The translations under genes were made by a program, and so were the position numbers. From Cyanophyceae cyanobacterium (GTDB lineage: Bacteria > Cyanobacteriota > Cyanobacteriia > Cyanobacteriales > Laspinemataceae), in assembly GCA_038321985.1 (NCBI GenBank), contig JBBQFN010000005.1, forward strand, positions 1 through 64,000: 64,000 bases of DNA, written 5' to 3'. The notes beneath the pieces were generated by a model. That model ran no database searches and was not told the origin of the DNA. It saw nothing but the letters and a program-made list of their open reading frames with translations. This document shows positions 9,524 through 20,380 of the stretch, piece after piece. Each line of letters opens with the position of its first letter. The first letter of the stretch is position 1.

Positions 9524-10771
9524 ATGAACAGCTTCCCTTACCGAATTTGTCATTTATCTAAATATTATCCGCCAGTACCCGGGGGAATAGAGACTCACGT
9601 TCAAACCCTAGCCCGGGCGCAAGCTGCTTTAGGTGCTGAAGTTACGGTATTGTCTGTCAATGGGTTTGATGAGGAAGGACGTCTATCTAATCGCACAAAA
9701 ACCGTTCAAGAAATGGATGGAAACGTGCGGGTGATCAAGCTGGGTCGCCATATTTCAAAGGCGCGGTTCGATATTTGTCCCGAACTTCCACAAAAACTGT
9801 GCCGATTGGTTCGCCACTCTAATACTTTATTTCATCTGCACACCCCCAATCCAACGATGCTAACAGCGATGCTGGCTGTCCCCAAGCAAGTGCCGTTGGT
9901 CATCACCCACCACAGCGACATTATTAAGCAACGATTTTTGAAGTATGCGATTCGACCGTTTGAGCATTTGGTTTACAGCAAATCATCTCGCATCCTGACT
10001 ACGAGTTCTCAATATATCGTTGGGTCTAAGTTTTTACACTGTTACAAAAATAAACTGGATTCTTTACCTCTGGGTCTAGATTGTACACCATATACTCATC
10101 CCAACTCAGCCGCCCTTTCCTTTGCCCAAGAATTAAAACAAAAATATCAAGGGCCGATTTGGTTGAGTGTGGGCCGGCTAGTTTACTACAAAGCTATGCA
10201 GGTGGCGATCGAAGCCTTGACCCGGGTGCCAGGAACCCTGATCGCAGTCGGGGTAGGTCCTCTGCAAGAAGAACTCAAAAATCAGGCCAAACAGTTAGGG
10301 GTAGAACACCGGATTGTTTGGCTAGGGCGCGTCAATGAGGATCAGCTCGTGGGGGCTTATCATGCGGCAACTGCTTTGTGGTTTCCGTCTAACGTGCGGA
10401 GTGAAGGATTTGGGTTGGTTCAAGTAGAGGCAATGGCCAGTGGCTGTCCGGTGATCAATTCGGATATTATCTGTAGTGCAGTGCCTTGGGTGAGTCGCCA
10501 TGAACGAGAGGGTCTGACGGTGCCGATTAACGACCCGGTTGCGTTTGCTCGGGCCGCCAGAAGACTGCTAGAGGAGCCAGGTTTGCGCGATCGCCTCGCG
10601 GCAGCCAGTCGGAAACGAGCGGAATATTTTGATCACATCAAGATGGCGAATCGCAGCCTTGAAATTTACGAAAAAGCTTTGATTCCTCGTCAAAATTTTG
10701 TGGTTGAATTGATAGAACAGGCTCGGGAGATCGAGACTCGAAATAATCAGATCGTTACTGAGAAATTATGA
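9524..10771 (+). CDS. Glycosyltransferase family 4
   Basis: SKYYPPVPGGIE, VGRLVYYK, EGFGLVQVEAMASG (Ex7E); GGAGA RBS before ATG 9524. Confidence 0.92.
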   Translation: MNSFPYRICHLSKYYPPVPGGIETHVQTLARAQAALGAEVTVLSVNGFDEEGRLSNRTKTVQEMDGNVRVIKLGRHISKARFDICPELPQKLCRLVRHSNTLFHLHTPNPTMLTAMLAVPKQVPLVITHHSDIIKQRFLKYAIRPFEHLVYSKSSRILTTSSQYIVGSKFLHCYKNKLDSLPLGLDCTPYTHPNSAALSFAQELKQKYQGPIWLSVGRLVYYKAMQVAIEALTRVPGTLIAVGVGPLQEELKNQAKQLGVEHRIVWLGRVNEDQLVGAYHAATALWFPSNVRSEGFGLVQVEAMASGCPVINSDIICSAVPWVSRHEREGLTVPINDPVAFARAARRLLEEPGLRDRLAAASRKRAEYFDHIKMANRSLEIYEKALIPRQNFVVELIEQAREIETRNNQIVTEKL

Positions 10772-11895
10772 AGGTCTTGCACATTTGTGCTGGTAATTTG
10801 TTTGGTGGGGTGGAGACCATGCTGGTGACCCTGGCAAAACAGCGAAATTTATGTCGGTCAATGCAGCCCCACTTTGCCTTGTGCTTTGAGGGGAGATTGT
10901 CAGAGGAATTGCGAAGCGCTGGGGTTAGCGTTCACTTACTAGGAGGGGTGCGAGTCAGCCGACCCTGGACTGTTTGGCAGGCACGCCAGCAGCTCGCTCG
11001 ACTGTTAACAACAGAAGGGTTTGATGTGGTAATATGCCACTCATGTTGGCCCCAAGCGATTTTTGGGCCAGTGGTTCAAGAAAAGAAATTGCCCCTGGTG
11101 TTTTGGTGTCACGATACCCCAAAAGGTCAGCACTGGCTGGAGGGGTGGGCCAAGCGGATTCCACCGGACTTGGCGATCGCCAACAGTAATTACACTCTGG
11201 CTGCTCTGCCGAATCTTTATCCTGGAGTTCTCAGTAAAACTCTTTACCTTCCTGTCCCCTATCCAGAAATTGGCGATCGCCCCTCGATTCGCCGTGTAGT
11301 TCGCGCCGCATTAAATACCCCAGAAGATGCTATTGTCATTATTCAAGCATCTCGGCTAGAGCGATGGAAGGGGCAAACGTTGTTGCTGTCTGGGTTGGCC
11401 CATTTGCGAGATCTGCCGGATTGGATCTGCTGGATAGCTGGGGGAAGTCAGCGCCCTCATGAAGCGAAATACCTCGAAGAACTGGAAGCGCAAGCACAAG
11501 AGATGGGAATCAGCGATCGGGTTCGTTTTTTAGGGCAAAGGGCTGATGTACCGAAGTTATTAGCCGCAGCTGACATTCACTGCCAACCCAATACCGGGGC
11601 AGAACCCTTTGGGATTGCCTTTGTAGAAGCCCTTTATGCAGGGTTGCCCGTGGTGACCACAGCGATGGGCGGAGGGGCCGAAATTATCAATGAGTCCTGT
11701 GGGCGGTTAGTGGCACCCAATGATCATAAAGATTTGGGGGATGTTCTCAGAGGTCTGATTATTAATCCAGGAGATCGAGCCGCTCTTGCTGCGGGAGGGC
11801 TGGCAAGGGCCAAGCAACTCTGCGATCCGGCAAGGCAACTGACTCGACTTGACGATTTGTTATCGGAATTGGTTAAGCAGGAGGCCGTGGCATGA
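10768..11895 (+). CDS. Glycosyltransferase family 4
   Basis: GNLFGGVE, SRLERWKG, EPFGIAFVEAL; ATGA overlap with upstream gene. Confidence 0.92.
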   Translation: MKVLHICAGNLFGGVETMLVTLAKQRNLCRSMQPHFALCFEGRLSEELRSAGVSVHLLGGVRVSRPWTVWQARQQLARLLTTEGFDVVICHSCWPQAIFGPVVQEKKLPLVFWCHDTPKGQHWLEGWAKRIPPDLAIANSNYTLAALPNLYPGVLSKTLYLPVPYPEIGDRPSIRRVVRAALNTPEDAIVIIQASRLERWKGQTLLLSGLAHLRDLPDWICWIAGGSQRPHEAKYLEELEAQAQEMGISDRVRFLGQRADVPKLLAAADIHCQPNTGAEPFGIAFVEALYAGLPVVTTAMGGGAEIINESCGRLVAPNDHKDLGDVLRGLIINPGDRAALAAGGLARAKQLCDPARQLTRLDDLLSELVKQEAVA

Positions 11896-12587
11896 TTGCA
11901 TCTGATGACACAGAGGAAGCCAGGCACATGGATGTCGAAACCCGTGCACGGCAAAGCGGAGGTGCAAGCAGCACTCCGGTCTACGAAATGGTCGCCAAAG
12001 CTATAGCTGCACGATATAACGGTGGCGGGGTGCTAGTGGATGTCGGATGTGGCAATGGCCATCTTTGGCCCTTCGTTCGTGAACATTTCGACCGTTATAT
12101 CGGCGTGGATGCGGTACGCTACGATGGCTTGCCAACGGAGGCAGAATTTATTCCCCTAGATTTAGATTCTGGGAAAGCACCTTTACCCGAGGGCTTGGCT
12201 GATGTCGTCTGTTCGGTAGAGACAATTGAACACTTAGAGAACCCCCGTGCTTTTATGCGAGAACTGGTCAGGTTAACCAAGCCAGGAGGGTGGGTCATTG
12301 TTACAACGCCGAATCAACTCAGCTTACTCAGTAAACTCACCTTGATATTGAAAAATCAATTTAACGCCTTTCAAGAAGCACCTGGCCTTTATCCCGCACA
12401 TATTACGGCATTGCTAGAAATAGATTTGATTCGGATTGCTAAAGAATGTGGCCTGAGTGATGTCAAAATAGAATATAGCGATCGGGGTCGCATCCCGTTT
12501 ACAGGATGGAATTGGCCCAAGATGTTTAAATTTAGGGGGCGCTCATTTAGCGATAATGTGCTGTGTGTAGGTCTAAGAGTTTTATAA
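11892..12587 (+). CDS. Class I SAM-dependent methyltransferase
   Basis: LVDVGCGNG, ETIEHLENP, KPGGWVIVTTPN. Confidence 0.9.
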   Translation: MIASDDTEEARHMDVETRARQSGGASSTPVYEMVAKAIAARYNGGGVLVDVGCGNGHLWPFVREHFDRYIGVDAVRYDGLPTEAEFIPLDLDSGKAPLPEGLADVVCSVETIEHLENPRAFMRELVRLTKPGGWVIVTTPNQLSLLSKLTLILKNQFNAFQEAPGLYPAHITALLEIDLIRIAKECGLSDVKIEYSDRGRIPFTGWNWPKMFKFRGRSFSDNVLCVGLRVL

Positions 12588-12659
12588 ACTTTACCGTTCC
12601 TTTTAAGGAATTGGGTAACAACCGCAGTAAAATCTACAAATCAGTCAATCAGAATACGG

Positions 12660-13154
12660 ATGTTCTGTAGCGTTTTCCCTAGGAGAAGACCTGTGAATCC
12701 TTCCTTGATTTGGTGGTTAAGTTGCCAAGCCTATAAAAGAAAATTATATTGGATAGCTCGCTTACTGAAAGCCATTAATTTTTTAGTTTTTCACGCCATA
12801 TTGCCTCCGGAGTGCGAAATAGAAAAAGATATTCAACTCTGCCATTATGGACTCGGCGTTGTTGTTCATTGTAATGTAAAGATTGGACATCGGGTAAAAA
12901 TTTACCATCATGTCACCCTGGCAGCACAGACTTGGGTCGGTTCAGAACACAAAATTTTCATTGAGGATGACGTAATCATTGGCTCAGGCGCAGCGGTCAT
13001 TGGGCGAGGCAACCAAAGTTTGACTATTGGGAACAATGCAAGGATTGGGGCTAATGCCGTAGTTACCCACGACGTGCTGCCCGGTCAAACAGTCGTGGGT
13101 GTGCCTGCGCGACCCTTGCAAAAAAACATTAATCCGGCAAGCATAGCAGAATAA
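12660..13154 (+). CDS. Hexapeptide-repeat O-acetyltransferase (CysE/WcaB-like); start uncertain
   Basis: HYGLGVVVH, IGHRVKIYHHVTL, IGANAVVTHDV...VGVPAR. Confidence 0.85.
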   Translation: MFCSVFPRRRPVNPSLIWWLSCQAYKRKLYWIARLLKAINFLVFHAILPPECEIEKDIQLCHYGLGVVVHCNVKIGHRVKIYHHVTLAAQTWVGSEHKIFIEDDVIIGSGAAVIGRGNQSLTIGNNARIGANAVVTHDVLPGQTVVGVPARPLQKNINPASIAE

Positions 13155-13268
13155 ACTGTTAACATCCACCTGAAAAGTGGCTGAGGATTTTTAAATCATG
13201 AAATTTTATCCGGTTTTAGTGTAAAATAAAATTCTAGAAAATTACTTTCAAATTAAATACTGAACATT

Positions 13269-14189
13269 ATGAAAATTACAGGGATTTTAAAGCCCGAATA
13301 TTTTTATCAACCCCGAGTTGCACTACAGCGACTGTTACCCTTTAAGGCCCTATCATCTGATGAATTTATCCATCAACTGTTGCCTTGGGGACTGTCTATT
13401 AGAATTCGTCCTCGGGAAGAACATGGAAGAATAGTTTGCACATTAGGAGTCATTGATCTAGTAGTAACAGAAACACTGTGGCGATTAGCTGATCCAGGCG
13501 AACTAGCAGTCGATGTTGGGGCTAATATTGGTTACATGACTTCCATTTTGGCGGCTCGGGTGGGATCTATAGCCGGTGGGTCTGTTCGAGCCTTTGAGGC
13601 TCATCCTGAGATATTTCAAGAACTGAAATACAATGTTGAGCAATGGCGAGTACAACTCCCCCTGAGTCAGATAGAAATTCAGCAAGTGGCAGTATCCGAA
13701 CACCGAGGAACTGTTACCCTAGGAGTACCCGAGTCTTTTACAACAAATCGAGGGCTCTCTTCTATTGTCAATTTAGAAACCAACTCTAATCAATCCACTC
13801 TCACTGATTTCAAAACTCTAGCGGTAGAATCAGTTTCCTTAGATAATTTATTTCCCACTTCCGAAAAAATTGGCGTTTTGAAGTTAGATGTAGAAGGTCA
13901 CGAAATTTCTGTACTCAAAGGAGCAAAAAACTTGTTGTCCCAAAAAAGAGTTCGTGATTTTATTTTTGAAGAGCATCGAGAATATCCTACTTCGGTGACT
14001 AAATATTTTGAAGAAATCGGCTATACAGTCTTTCGTATACAACGGAAGTTTTTTGGCCCGGCACTTTTACCCCCCGATTCTAAAGTCCCAAGGACTAGAT
14101 GGGAACCAACAAGTTTTCTCGCTACCAAGCACCCACAACGGGCGATAGGACGTTTTAAAGAATCAGGATGGAAATCTTTAATTCGGTGA
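13269..14189 (+). CDS. FkbM family methyltransferase
   Basis: VDVGANIGY, AFEAHP, KLDVEGHE. Confidence 0.92.
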   Translation: MKITGILKPEYFYQPRVALQRLLPFKALSSDEFIHQLLPWGLSIRIRPREEHGRIVCTLGVIDLVVTETLWRLADPGELAVDVGANIGYMTSILAARVGSIAGGSVRAFEAHPEIFQELKYNVEQWRVQLPLSQIEIQQVAVSEHRGTVTLGVPESFTTNRGLSSIVNLETNSNQSTLTDFKTLAVESVSLDNLFPTSEKIGVLKLDVEGHEISVLKGAKNLLSQKRVRDFIFEEHREYPTSVTKYFEEIGYTVFRIQRKFFGPALLPPDSKVPRTRWEPTSFLATKHPQRAIGRFKESGWKSLIR

Positions 14190-14351
14190 CACTGGGCAAG
14201 TCACTTAATTATAAAGGGGCAACTATTCATCAACCATTATGGGAAATATCCCAAATTTACTCGATTGAGTAATTCTAATTTGCCCTGTGCTTTAGTCAAT
14301 TTTAACATTCAGGCAGCCTCTAAAAATTTTTAATGTAATTTTGAATTACCA

Positions 14352-15239
14352 ATGAAAAAACCCAATCTTTTTCTAGTAGGGGTATTTAAATCGGGAACGA
14401 CATCCATGCATAATTATTTAGCTCAACATCCCGAAATTTTTATGTCACCCTGTAAAGAGCCTTATTATTTTGCGTTCGATCTAAATCCGTATTGGCGCAT
14501 CAAAGAAATTTCTGAATATTTATCACTTTTCAACTCTGCTAGAGATGTCAAATATCTGGGGGAATCGTCTCCCGGTTATATGTATTCAGAGGTCGCCGCA
14601 AAACAAATTAAAGAATTTTGTCCTAATGCAAAAATTATTGTGATGCTTCGCAACCCTGTCGATATGATATATTCCCTACATGGGCAATTATTGTTAACTG
14701 CAAATGAAGATATTTTGGATTTTGAGCGAGCATTAGCAGCCCAGAACGAACGGCGACAAGGAAACTTCATCCCAGTATCTTGCGATGAACCTAAGTTCTT
14801 ATTTTACTTTGATGTTGCGAAGTATTCATTCCAATTAAAAAGATATATAAATTTATTTGGTAGAGAAAATATTCACGTAATTTTGTTTGATGATTTTGGA
14901 AAAAAAACCGCAGCTACTTACAAGCAAACTCTTGATTTCTTAGGAGTCGATTCTACTTTTAAAGCCGCCTTAGATGTTCATAATTCTGCCCAGCAAATTC
15001 CCAACTTGGCTGTTCGGTCATTCCTTTATAAGCGACCTGCTTTAAAAAAGTCATTTCGACGAGTTTTACCTTCCTTTTTCATTAATGGGTTGCGCGACAG
15101 TTTGGGGAAATTGACACAGCCACAACGACCAAAAAGTATGCAACCAGTAGTGCATTCTCAACTAACTCAGCTATTTCAGCCTGAAATTGAAGAACTAAGT
15201 AGTCTGTTAAATCGAGATCTTAATCATTGGCTAAAGTAG
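14352..15239 (+). CDS. PAPS-dependent sulfotransferase (Sulfotransfer_1/3-like)
   Basis: PNLFLVGVFKSGTTS (5'-PSB), KEPYYF, KIIVMLRNPVDMIYS (3'-PB). Confidence 0.9.
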   Translation: MKKPNLFLVGVFKSGTTSMHNYLAQHPEIFMSPCKEPYYFAFDLNPYWRIKEISEYLSLFNSARDVKYLGESSPGYMYSEVAAKQIKEFCPNAKIIVMLRNPVDMIYSLHGQLLLTANEDILDFERALAAQNERRQGNFIPVSCDEPKFLFYFDVAKYSFQLKRYINLFGRENIHVILFDDFGKKTAATYKQTLDFLGVDSTFKAALDVHNSAQQIPNLAVRSFLYKRPALKKSFRRVLPSFFINGLRDSLGKLTQPQRPKSMQPVVHSQLTQLFQPEIEELSSLLNRDLNHWLK

Positions 15240-15385
15240 CCTGAATAATAAATCATTTACATTGTGCTTGTTTTATAAAAACGTAACCGCTTAAAAAATA
15301 ATGAAAGAATGTAGAAATTAATTTGGGAACTAGGGAGAGAAACACCCAGAACATGAGTTAAATCAATTTTTTAAGAGGAAGTAAA

Positions 15386-16762
15386 ATGATGCAAAAAACC
15401 ACAGGAAGTTTAACCCATTCCTCTCCTATGACCGATCAATTAGAGTGGACATCGGCGCATACATTCATTTTGCTCCAGTTTACCCTTCAAATCATGCTGC
15501 TGTTCCCTCCCTTCGGAGTCCTGCGGGCACCGATGCGGATTGCCTCCTTCGCCCTTAGTTTATTTTTATTGGTAAAGCTGCGAGGAGAGGGTCCCCAGCA
15601 CCCTGCCACGACTCCTGCAATGTGGGTACTTCTCATCCTCTTACTATCGTTCTGTCTGCACCCCTCAATGAATACCCTGGCAGCAGGGGCAGCGCAATGC
15701 GCCATGTACGTGGCCATCCTCGGCCCCCTCTTCTGGGTATCCCGTGTAAAGATGACACCCAAGAGATTTGAGAGCTTAATTTTTCTTTTGTGGGGGTTTC
15801 ACACCTTAAGTTCTGTAGTTGGTGTGTTGCAAACCTACTTTCCAGGTCGATTTCAACCCTATCTTTCAAGTGCTATTCAGAATAGCCAATGGGGAGGAGA
15901 GAACCTGTTAATCACTTTGGCAAGTGGAGATCAGGTTTACAGACCAATGGGGCTAACTGATAGACCCGGTGGGGCTGCAACGGCTGGTTTTTATGCTTTG
16001 TTGTGGGGGGTTGGCATTGCCCTAAAAGTACGGAACCCAATACTCAGGCTTGCGGGTTTGGGCACAGGGGCAGTTGGTCTTTTCTCAATCTACCTGTCCC
16101 AAGTCCGTTCTATTTTGGTATTTTCTGGCATTACTATGGTCTGCCTAGCCGTAGTCTTGGCGAGGACAAAGCAATTTGGGCGTCTGACAGCCATGACGGG
16201 AAGTGTTACAGCTCTTTTTGTAGGAAGCTTCACCTGGGCAGTTGCAGTTGGCGGGGAATCAACACTCGCACGCATCACTAGCTTGTTTGCGGAGCGCCCC
16301 GATGAAGTTTACCAGCAAAGCCGAGGTCTTTTCTTACAGCATACGATTGAAAACCTGTTGCCTCAATATCCTCTGGGGGCGGGACTGGGGCGATGGGGAA
16401 CGCTCCTGGGCTATTTTGGTAATACCAGTGACCCTGTTAGTCAGCCCATCTGGGTCGAAATTCAGTGGACAGGATGGCTGTTAGATGGGGGCGTACCCCT
16501 GATCGTTGCTTCCAGTGCTGCACTTTACTTTGCCTGCCTCACTGCATGGAATATAGCGCTCAATCGAGAATTGGGGGACTTTGCTCTGTGGGGAGGATTG
16601 ATTTTTGCTTACAATATCGGAACTTTGGCAATTACTTTCAATTACCCGCTTTTTAACAGTCAGGGCGGAATGGAGTTCTGGTTACTGAACACTGCATTGT
16701 TTGTTGCTGCCTACAATAGCGAGATGCAGGGTGACAAACCTGCTCCCAGGGGGGTGGGATGA
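15386..16762 (+). CDS. Polytopic membrane protein, probable Wzy polymerase/O-antigen-ligase-like
   Basis: About 10 hydrophobic segments; SQVRS and PLGAGLG motifs; position within the glycosyltransferase cluster. Confidence 0.65.
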   Translation: MMQKTTGSLTHSSPMTDQLEWTSAHTFILLQFTLQIMLLFPPFGVLRAPMRIASFALSLFLLVKLRGEGPQHPATTPAMWVLLILLLSFCLHPSMNTLAAGAAQCAMYVAILGPLFWVSRVKMTPKRFESLIFLLWGFHTLSSVVGVLQTYFPGRFQPYLSSAIQNSQWGGENLLITLASGDQVYRPMGLTDRPGGAATAGFYALLWGVGIALKVRNPILRLAGLGTGAVGLFSIYLSQVRSILVFSGITMVCLAVVLARTKQFGRLTAMTGSVTALFVGSFTWAVAVGGESTLARITSLFAERPDEVYQQSRGLFLQHTIENLLPQYPLGAGLGRWGTLLGYFGNTSDPVSQPIWVEIQWTGWLLDGGVPLIVASSAALYFACLTAWNIALNRELGDFALWGGLIFAYNIGTLAITFNYPLFNSQGGMEFWLLNTALFVAAYNSEMQGDKPAPRGVG

Positions 16763-17898
16763 AGCCTTACCTGCTAGTCACGGGTGATTTTGTCAAGACC
16801 GGCGGAATGGATAGAGCAAATTTTGCCTTAGCTGATTACCTGGCGCGTCAAGGGGCGCAGGTACATCTGGTTGCCTATCGCGTCGCCCCTGAATTGTTAG
16901 CTTATCCGAATATCACCTTTCATAAGGTGCCAAAAGTTGGAAATTCCTATTTACTCAGTGGCTCTTTGCTTGACTGGGTGGGGCGTGAGCAGGCAAGGCG
17001 CGTTACAAAGGCAGGTGGCAGAGCTCTGGTGAACGGAGGCAACTGCCAGTGGGGGGATATCAATTGGGTGCATTACGTTCATGCTGCCTACAAAGCTGAA
17101 AATAAAACTGGGTTGCTGCGTCAAATTAAGGGAGCAGTTTCTTATAGACGTTCTTTGGTAGGAGAACGGCAGGCTTTGCAATCTGCTCGACTGATCATTG
17201 TCAACTCAGAGGTAACGAAACGGGATCTAGTAGAGAAATTAGGGATTTCAGGCGATCGCATTCATCCGGTGTACTATGGTATAGAGGCCAAAATTTTCTA
17301 TCCAGCAACCCCTCGTGAGCGGGCTGAACTCCGCCATAGACTGGGGTGGTCTACTCAGAAACCCATTGTGGTTTTTATTGGGGCTTTGGGCGATCGCCGC
17401 AAGGGATTTGATACACTCTTTCAAGCTTGGGAGAGGTTATGCGCTGACCCCATCTGGGATGCTGATTTGGTCACGATTGGAGTTGGTGCGGAACTGCCCC
17501 TATGGCAGAGCCGTGCTGCTGAGGCTGGCATTGCTTCCCGCATTCATTTTTTGGGTTTCCGTTCGGATGTACCAGATTTGTTGCGCGCTGCCGATTGTCT
17601 AGTTGCCCCGACTCGTTATGAAGCCTATGGCTTGGGAGTGCACGAGGCGCTCTGCTGTGGTTTACCAGCCTTGGTGAGTGCTACGGCTGGGGTTGCGGAA
17701 CGGTATCCTTGCCAGTTAAAAGATTTGTTGCTGCCATCTCCTGAAGATGTTGCCGACTTGGCGGCGCGACTTGGCCGATGGCGGGAGGCCACCGAGCAAT
17801 ACAGCAAGCTAGTGAATACCTTTTCACAAGAACTGTGCGGTTATACCTGGGACATTATGGCAAAAAACATCTTAAAAAAGGCGGAAAATAATTCTTAA
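16759..17898 (+). CDS. Glycosyltransferase family 4
   Basis: TGGMDRAN, GDRRKG, YEAYGLGVHEALCCG. Confidence 0.9.
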   Translation: MKPYLLVTGDFVKTGGMDRANFALADYLARQGAQVHLVAYRVAPELLAYPNITFHKVPKVGNSYLLSGSLLDWVGREQARRVTKAGGRALVNGGNCQWGDINWVHYVHAAYKAENKTGLLRQIKGAVSYRRSLVGERQALQSARLIIVNSEVTKRDLVEKLGISGDRIHPVYYGIEAKIFYPATPRERAELRHRLGWSTQKPIVVFIGALGDRRKGFDTLFQAWERLCADPIWDADLVTIGVGAELPLWQSRAAEAGIASRIHFLGFRSDVPDLLRAADCLVAPTRYEAYGLGVHEALCCGLPALVSATAGVAERYPCQLKDLLLPSPEDVADLAARLGRWREATEQYSKLVNTFSQELCGYTWDIMAKNILKKAENNS

Positions 17899-18006
17899 AC
17901 TGAGTATAGAATCTGCTTAATTATTCCATTAAATTATTGTGGGGATAAGAGGGCGCAAGAAGGTACGATTTTGAACAAATTTGAGAAAGGATAAAAATCA
18001 ACACCT

Positions 18007-18708
18007 ATGTCGTTAGATAACTTGATTGTTTTTACTCATATCCCAAAAACTTCTGGAACGTCGTTTCAAAAGTCTCTTGTTGAAACTAATATAAATGACG
18101 ACCAGATTTATATATACAAGGATTTGAAAAGATTTATTCAAGAGCATAATCGTTATAAGTTTGTGGTGGGTCACGTTCCTTATGGGTTACATTATTTTAC
18201 CAATAAAAAAGTAAAATGTATTACATTTCTAAGATATCCTATAGAACGGGCTGTTTCGTTTTATTTTTTTATTAAGGATTCAGACACCCGATTTTATAAA
18301 CATCCTCTACGAGATTATGTAGATTCAGTAACCTTGAAAGAATTTTATGAAAACAAGAAGTTTCAGAGCCAGCAAACGAAATTCATTTCTGGTTTTATAA
18401 ATGATAGGCTTTATCCCTCGGTTCCATATCCTGGAGGGAATAAATTAATTCTTAACACAGCAATTGCTCATTTTTAAAATAATTACTCTTGTTTTTGAAT
18501 ATTAGAAAAATTTGATGAATCCATTGCTAAGTTTCAAAAGCAATTCAAATGAGAAAAATATGTTGAAGTTAGCTATCATGAAAAACAGAAAAAAGACCTA
18601 AAAATTTCTGATTTAGAGCGTCGGGCAACGCTCGATTCTTCAAAAAAAGTTCACAGTCTTGATTTACAACTCTATGATTTTGCATTCAATTATTTTGAAC
18701 AGTTTTGA
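18007..18708 (+). pseudogene. Sulfotransferase family 2 pseudogene with three in-frame stops
   Basis: FTHIPKTSGTS and TFLRYPIERAVS; same frame continues past TAA 18475, TGA 18496 and TGA 18550 as F*ILEKFDES...LDLQLYDFA, matching FGIVEKFDES...LDIELYKYA of the intact paralog at 25959-26792. Confidence 0.85.
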
Positions 18709-18735
18709 AATACCAATAATTTTTTATTGCCTACT

Positions 18736-19917
18736 ATGAAAATAGGACATTATGAGCAAGGAATTAGCAGGCCCGGGGGGGTTGGTACTTATATCCGTCG
18801 TCTCAGTAACGCTCAGTCTCTTGCAGGTCATACGGTATATTACCTGGATACTTGGCCTTTAACTGGTGATCCAGGACGAAAGATAGCCACTGTTATTGTT
18901 GGAGACGAATCTGACTTATTTATGCAGGCAAAGACGTTAGGTTTAGATATTCTTCATCTGCATAGACATGTTAGTTTCTTTCCACCGGATTGTGTCCCAC
19001 TGATTAGGACGGTTCACAATAATAATCCTTACTGTCCTAGCGGTACAAGATACCTGAAGAGATCGAGCCAACCTTGCGATCGCCCTTATAGTTTTGGAGG
19101 ATGCCTCTGGGGGCACTTAATAGACTATTGTGGGAGCATTAGACCGCAACGCTTTTACCCAGGCTTTCAAAGGACTTGGCAAGATATACAGACCCTCGAT
19201 AAAGTAACAACGATCGCTAACAGTCAGTTTGTCAAAGACCAGATGCTCCGGTCTAATTACCCAGCCGACAACCTTCACGTCCTACATTATCCTGCACCTG
19301 ATATAGAAGAATATTTCTCCCCAGAACAGGGGGAACTCCCCCACTTCATTTTTTTGGGCAGAATTACCCCAGAAAAGGGTTTAGTCTGGCTTTTACGGGC
19401 ACTAGCTGAAGTCAAAGTGCCAATTCACATGGACATTGCTGGTACCGGAACTCAGCAGCAAGAGCAAGCGATACGTCATCTAGCTGACCGCCTGGGACTG
19501 ATGAATAAAATTACATTTCACGGCTGGGTCAATGAAGCAAAGACTATCCAACTGATCCATAAAGCCAGAGCATTAGTGTTTCCTTCTGTGTGGCACGAGC
19601 CTGCGGGACTCGTCAGTTTGGAAGCAGCAGCAGCTGGTAGACCAATCATTGCTAGCAAGGTAGGAGGAATCCCCGAATATGCCTTGCGCCTCCAAAATGC
19701 CTTACTTGTAGAACCAAATGATGTGGGCGGACTAGCACGGAGTATCGAACAGCTAGCTGAAGACTGGTCCCTGGCACAACAGATGGGAGCCGAGGGGCTT
19801 TCTAAGGCAAAAGAATATTTTGCCTTAGAAAGCCATTTGCAAGAACTCGCAAGGCTCTACCAACTTGCTCTAGACAGACACAGGAGGTTAAATGAGCGTG
19901 TTGAAGAACCTATTTAA
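18736..19917 (+). CDS. Glycosyltransferase family 4
   Basis: PGGVGTY, LGRITPEKG, EPAGLVSLEAAAAG; ATG 18736 preferred over TTG 18727. Confidence 0.9.
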   Translation: MKIGHYEQGISRPGGVGTYIRRLSNAQSLAGHTVYYLDTWPLTGDPGRKIATVIVGDESDLFMQAKTLGLDILHLHRHVSFFPPDCVPLIRTVHNNNPYCPSGTRYLKRSSQPCDRPYSFGGCLWGHLIDYCGSIRPQRFYPGFQRTWQDIQTLDKVTTIANSQFVKDQMLRSNYPADNLHVLHYPAPDIEEYFSPEQGELPHFIFLGRITPEKGLVWLLRALAEVKVPIHMDIAGTGTQQQEQAIRHLADRLGLMNKITFHGWVNEAKTIQLIHKARALVFPSVWHEPAGLVSLEAAAAGRPIIASKVGGIPEYALRLQNALLVEPNDVGGLARSIEQLAEDWSLAQQMGAEGLSKAKEYFALESHLQELARLYQLALDRHRRLNERVEEPI

Positions 19918-20380
19918 TCTGTCTATGCGGGTAGTTCCCCACATCCTCTATGTAATTGCCTGGAGATCACAGCTTGGTATTGACCAACAGGTGTTTTTAG
20001 ATCATGCAGCTTAATAAAGCAGGACTGGTGTATCGAGACGCCACTACCTATTGTGTTGGTTTTGTCAACCAAAATATCACGTAAGTTTTATGGCCATTTT
20101 ACTTAATAACTGGTTCTGGGCTCTTGTACGCTTCCGTGAAATCTCTGCAAAGATTTGGTAAAGTTCCATTACAGTAAAATTTTTACTATAAGATTAATCT
20201 ATGTAACTACCTAAACCTTGCATAAAGCGTTCCAGGCATCTACTGAATTCTGTTAGGTAGTCAAAAAACCGGATGACAGTAACTCTGTACAAAAATTCCT
20301 TGTCGTGACCTATAAGTTAGTCAATGGCTGTTTCTACACATTGGCTCACTTAGCTTATCCAATCTTCATAATTAACTGAA

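Noticed and set aside
18475..18552. Selenocysteine or recoding at the in-frame stops
   Set aside because: One stop is TAA and the TGAs align with Gly and Trp positions of the paralog; point mutation is simpler
20174..20186. NtcA box upstream of the RTX gene
   Set aside because: Spacing is GTA-N7-TAC
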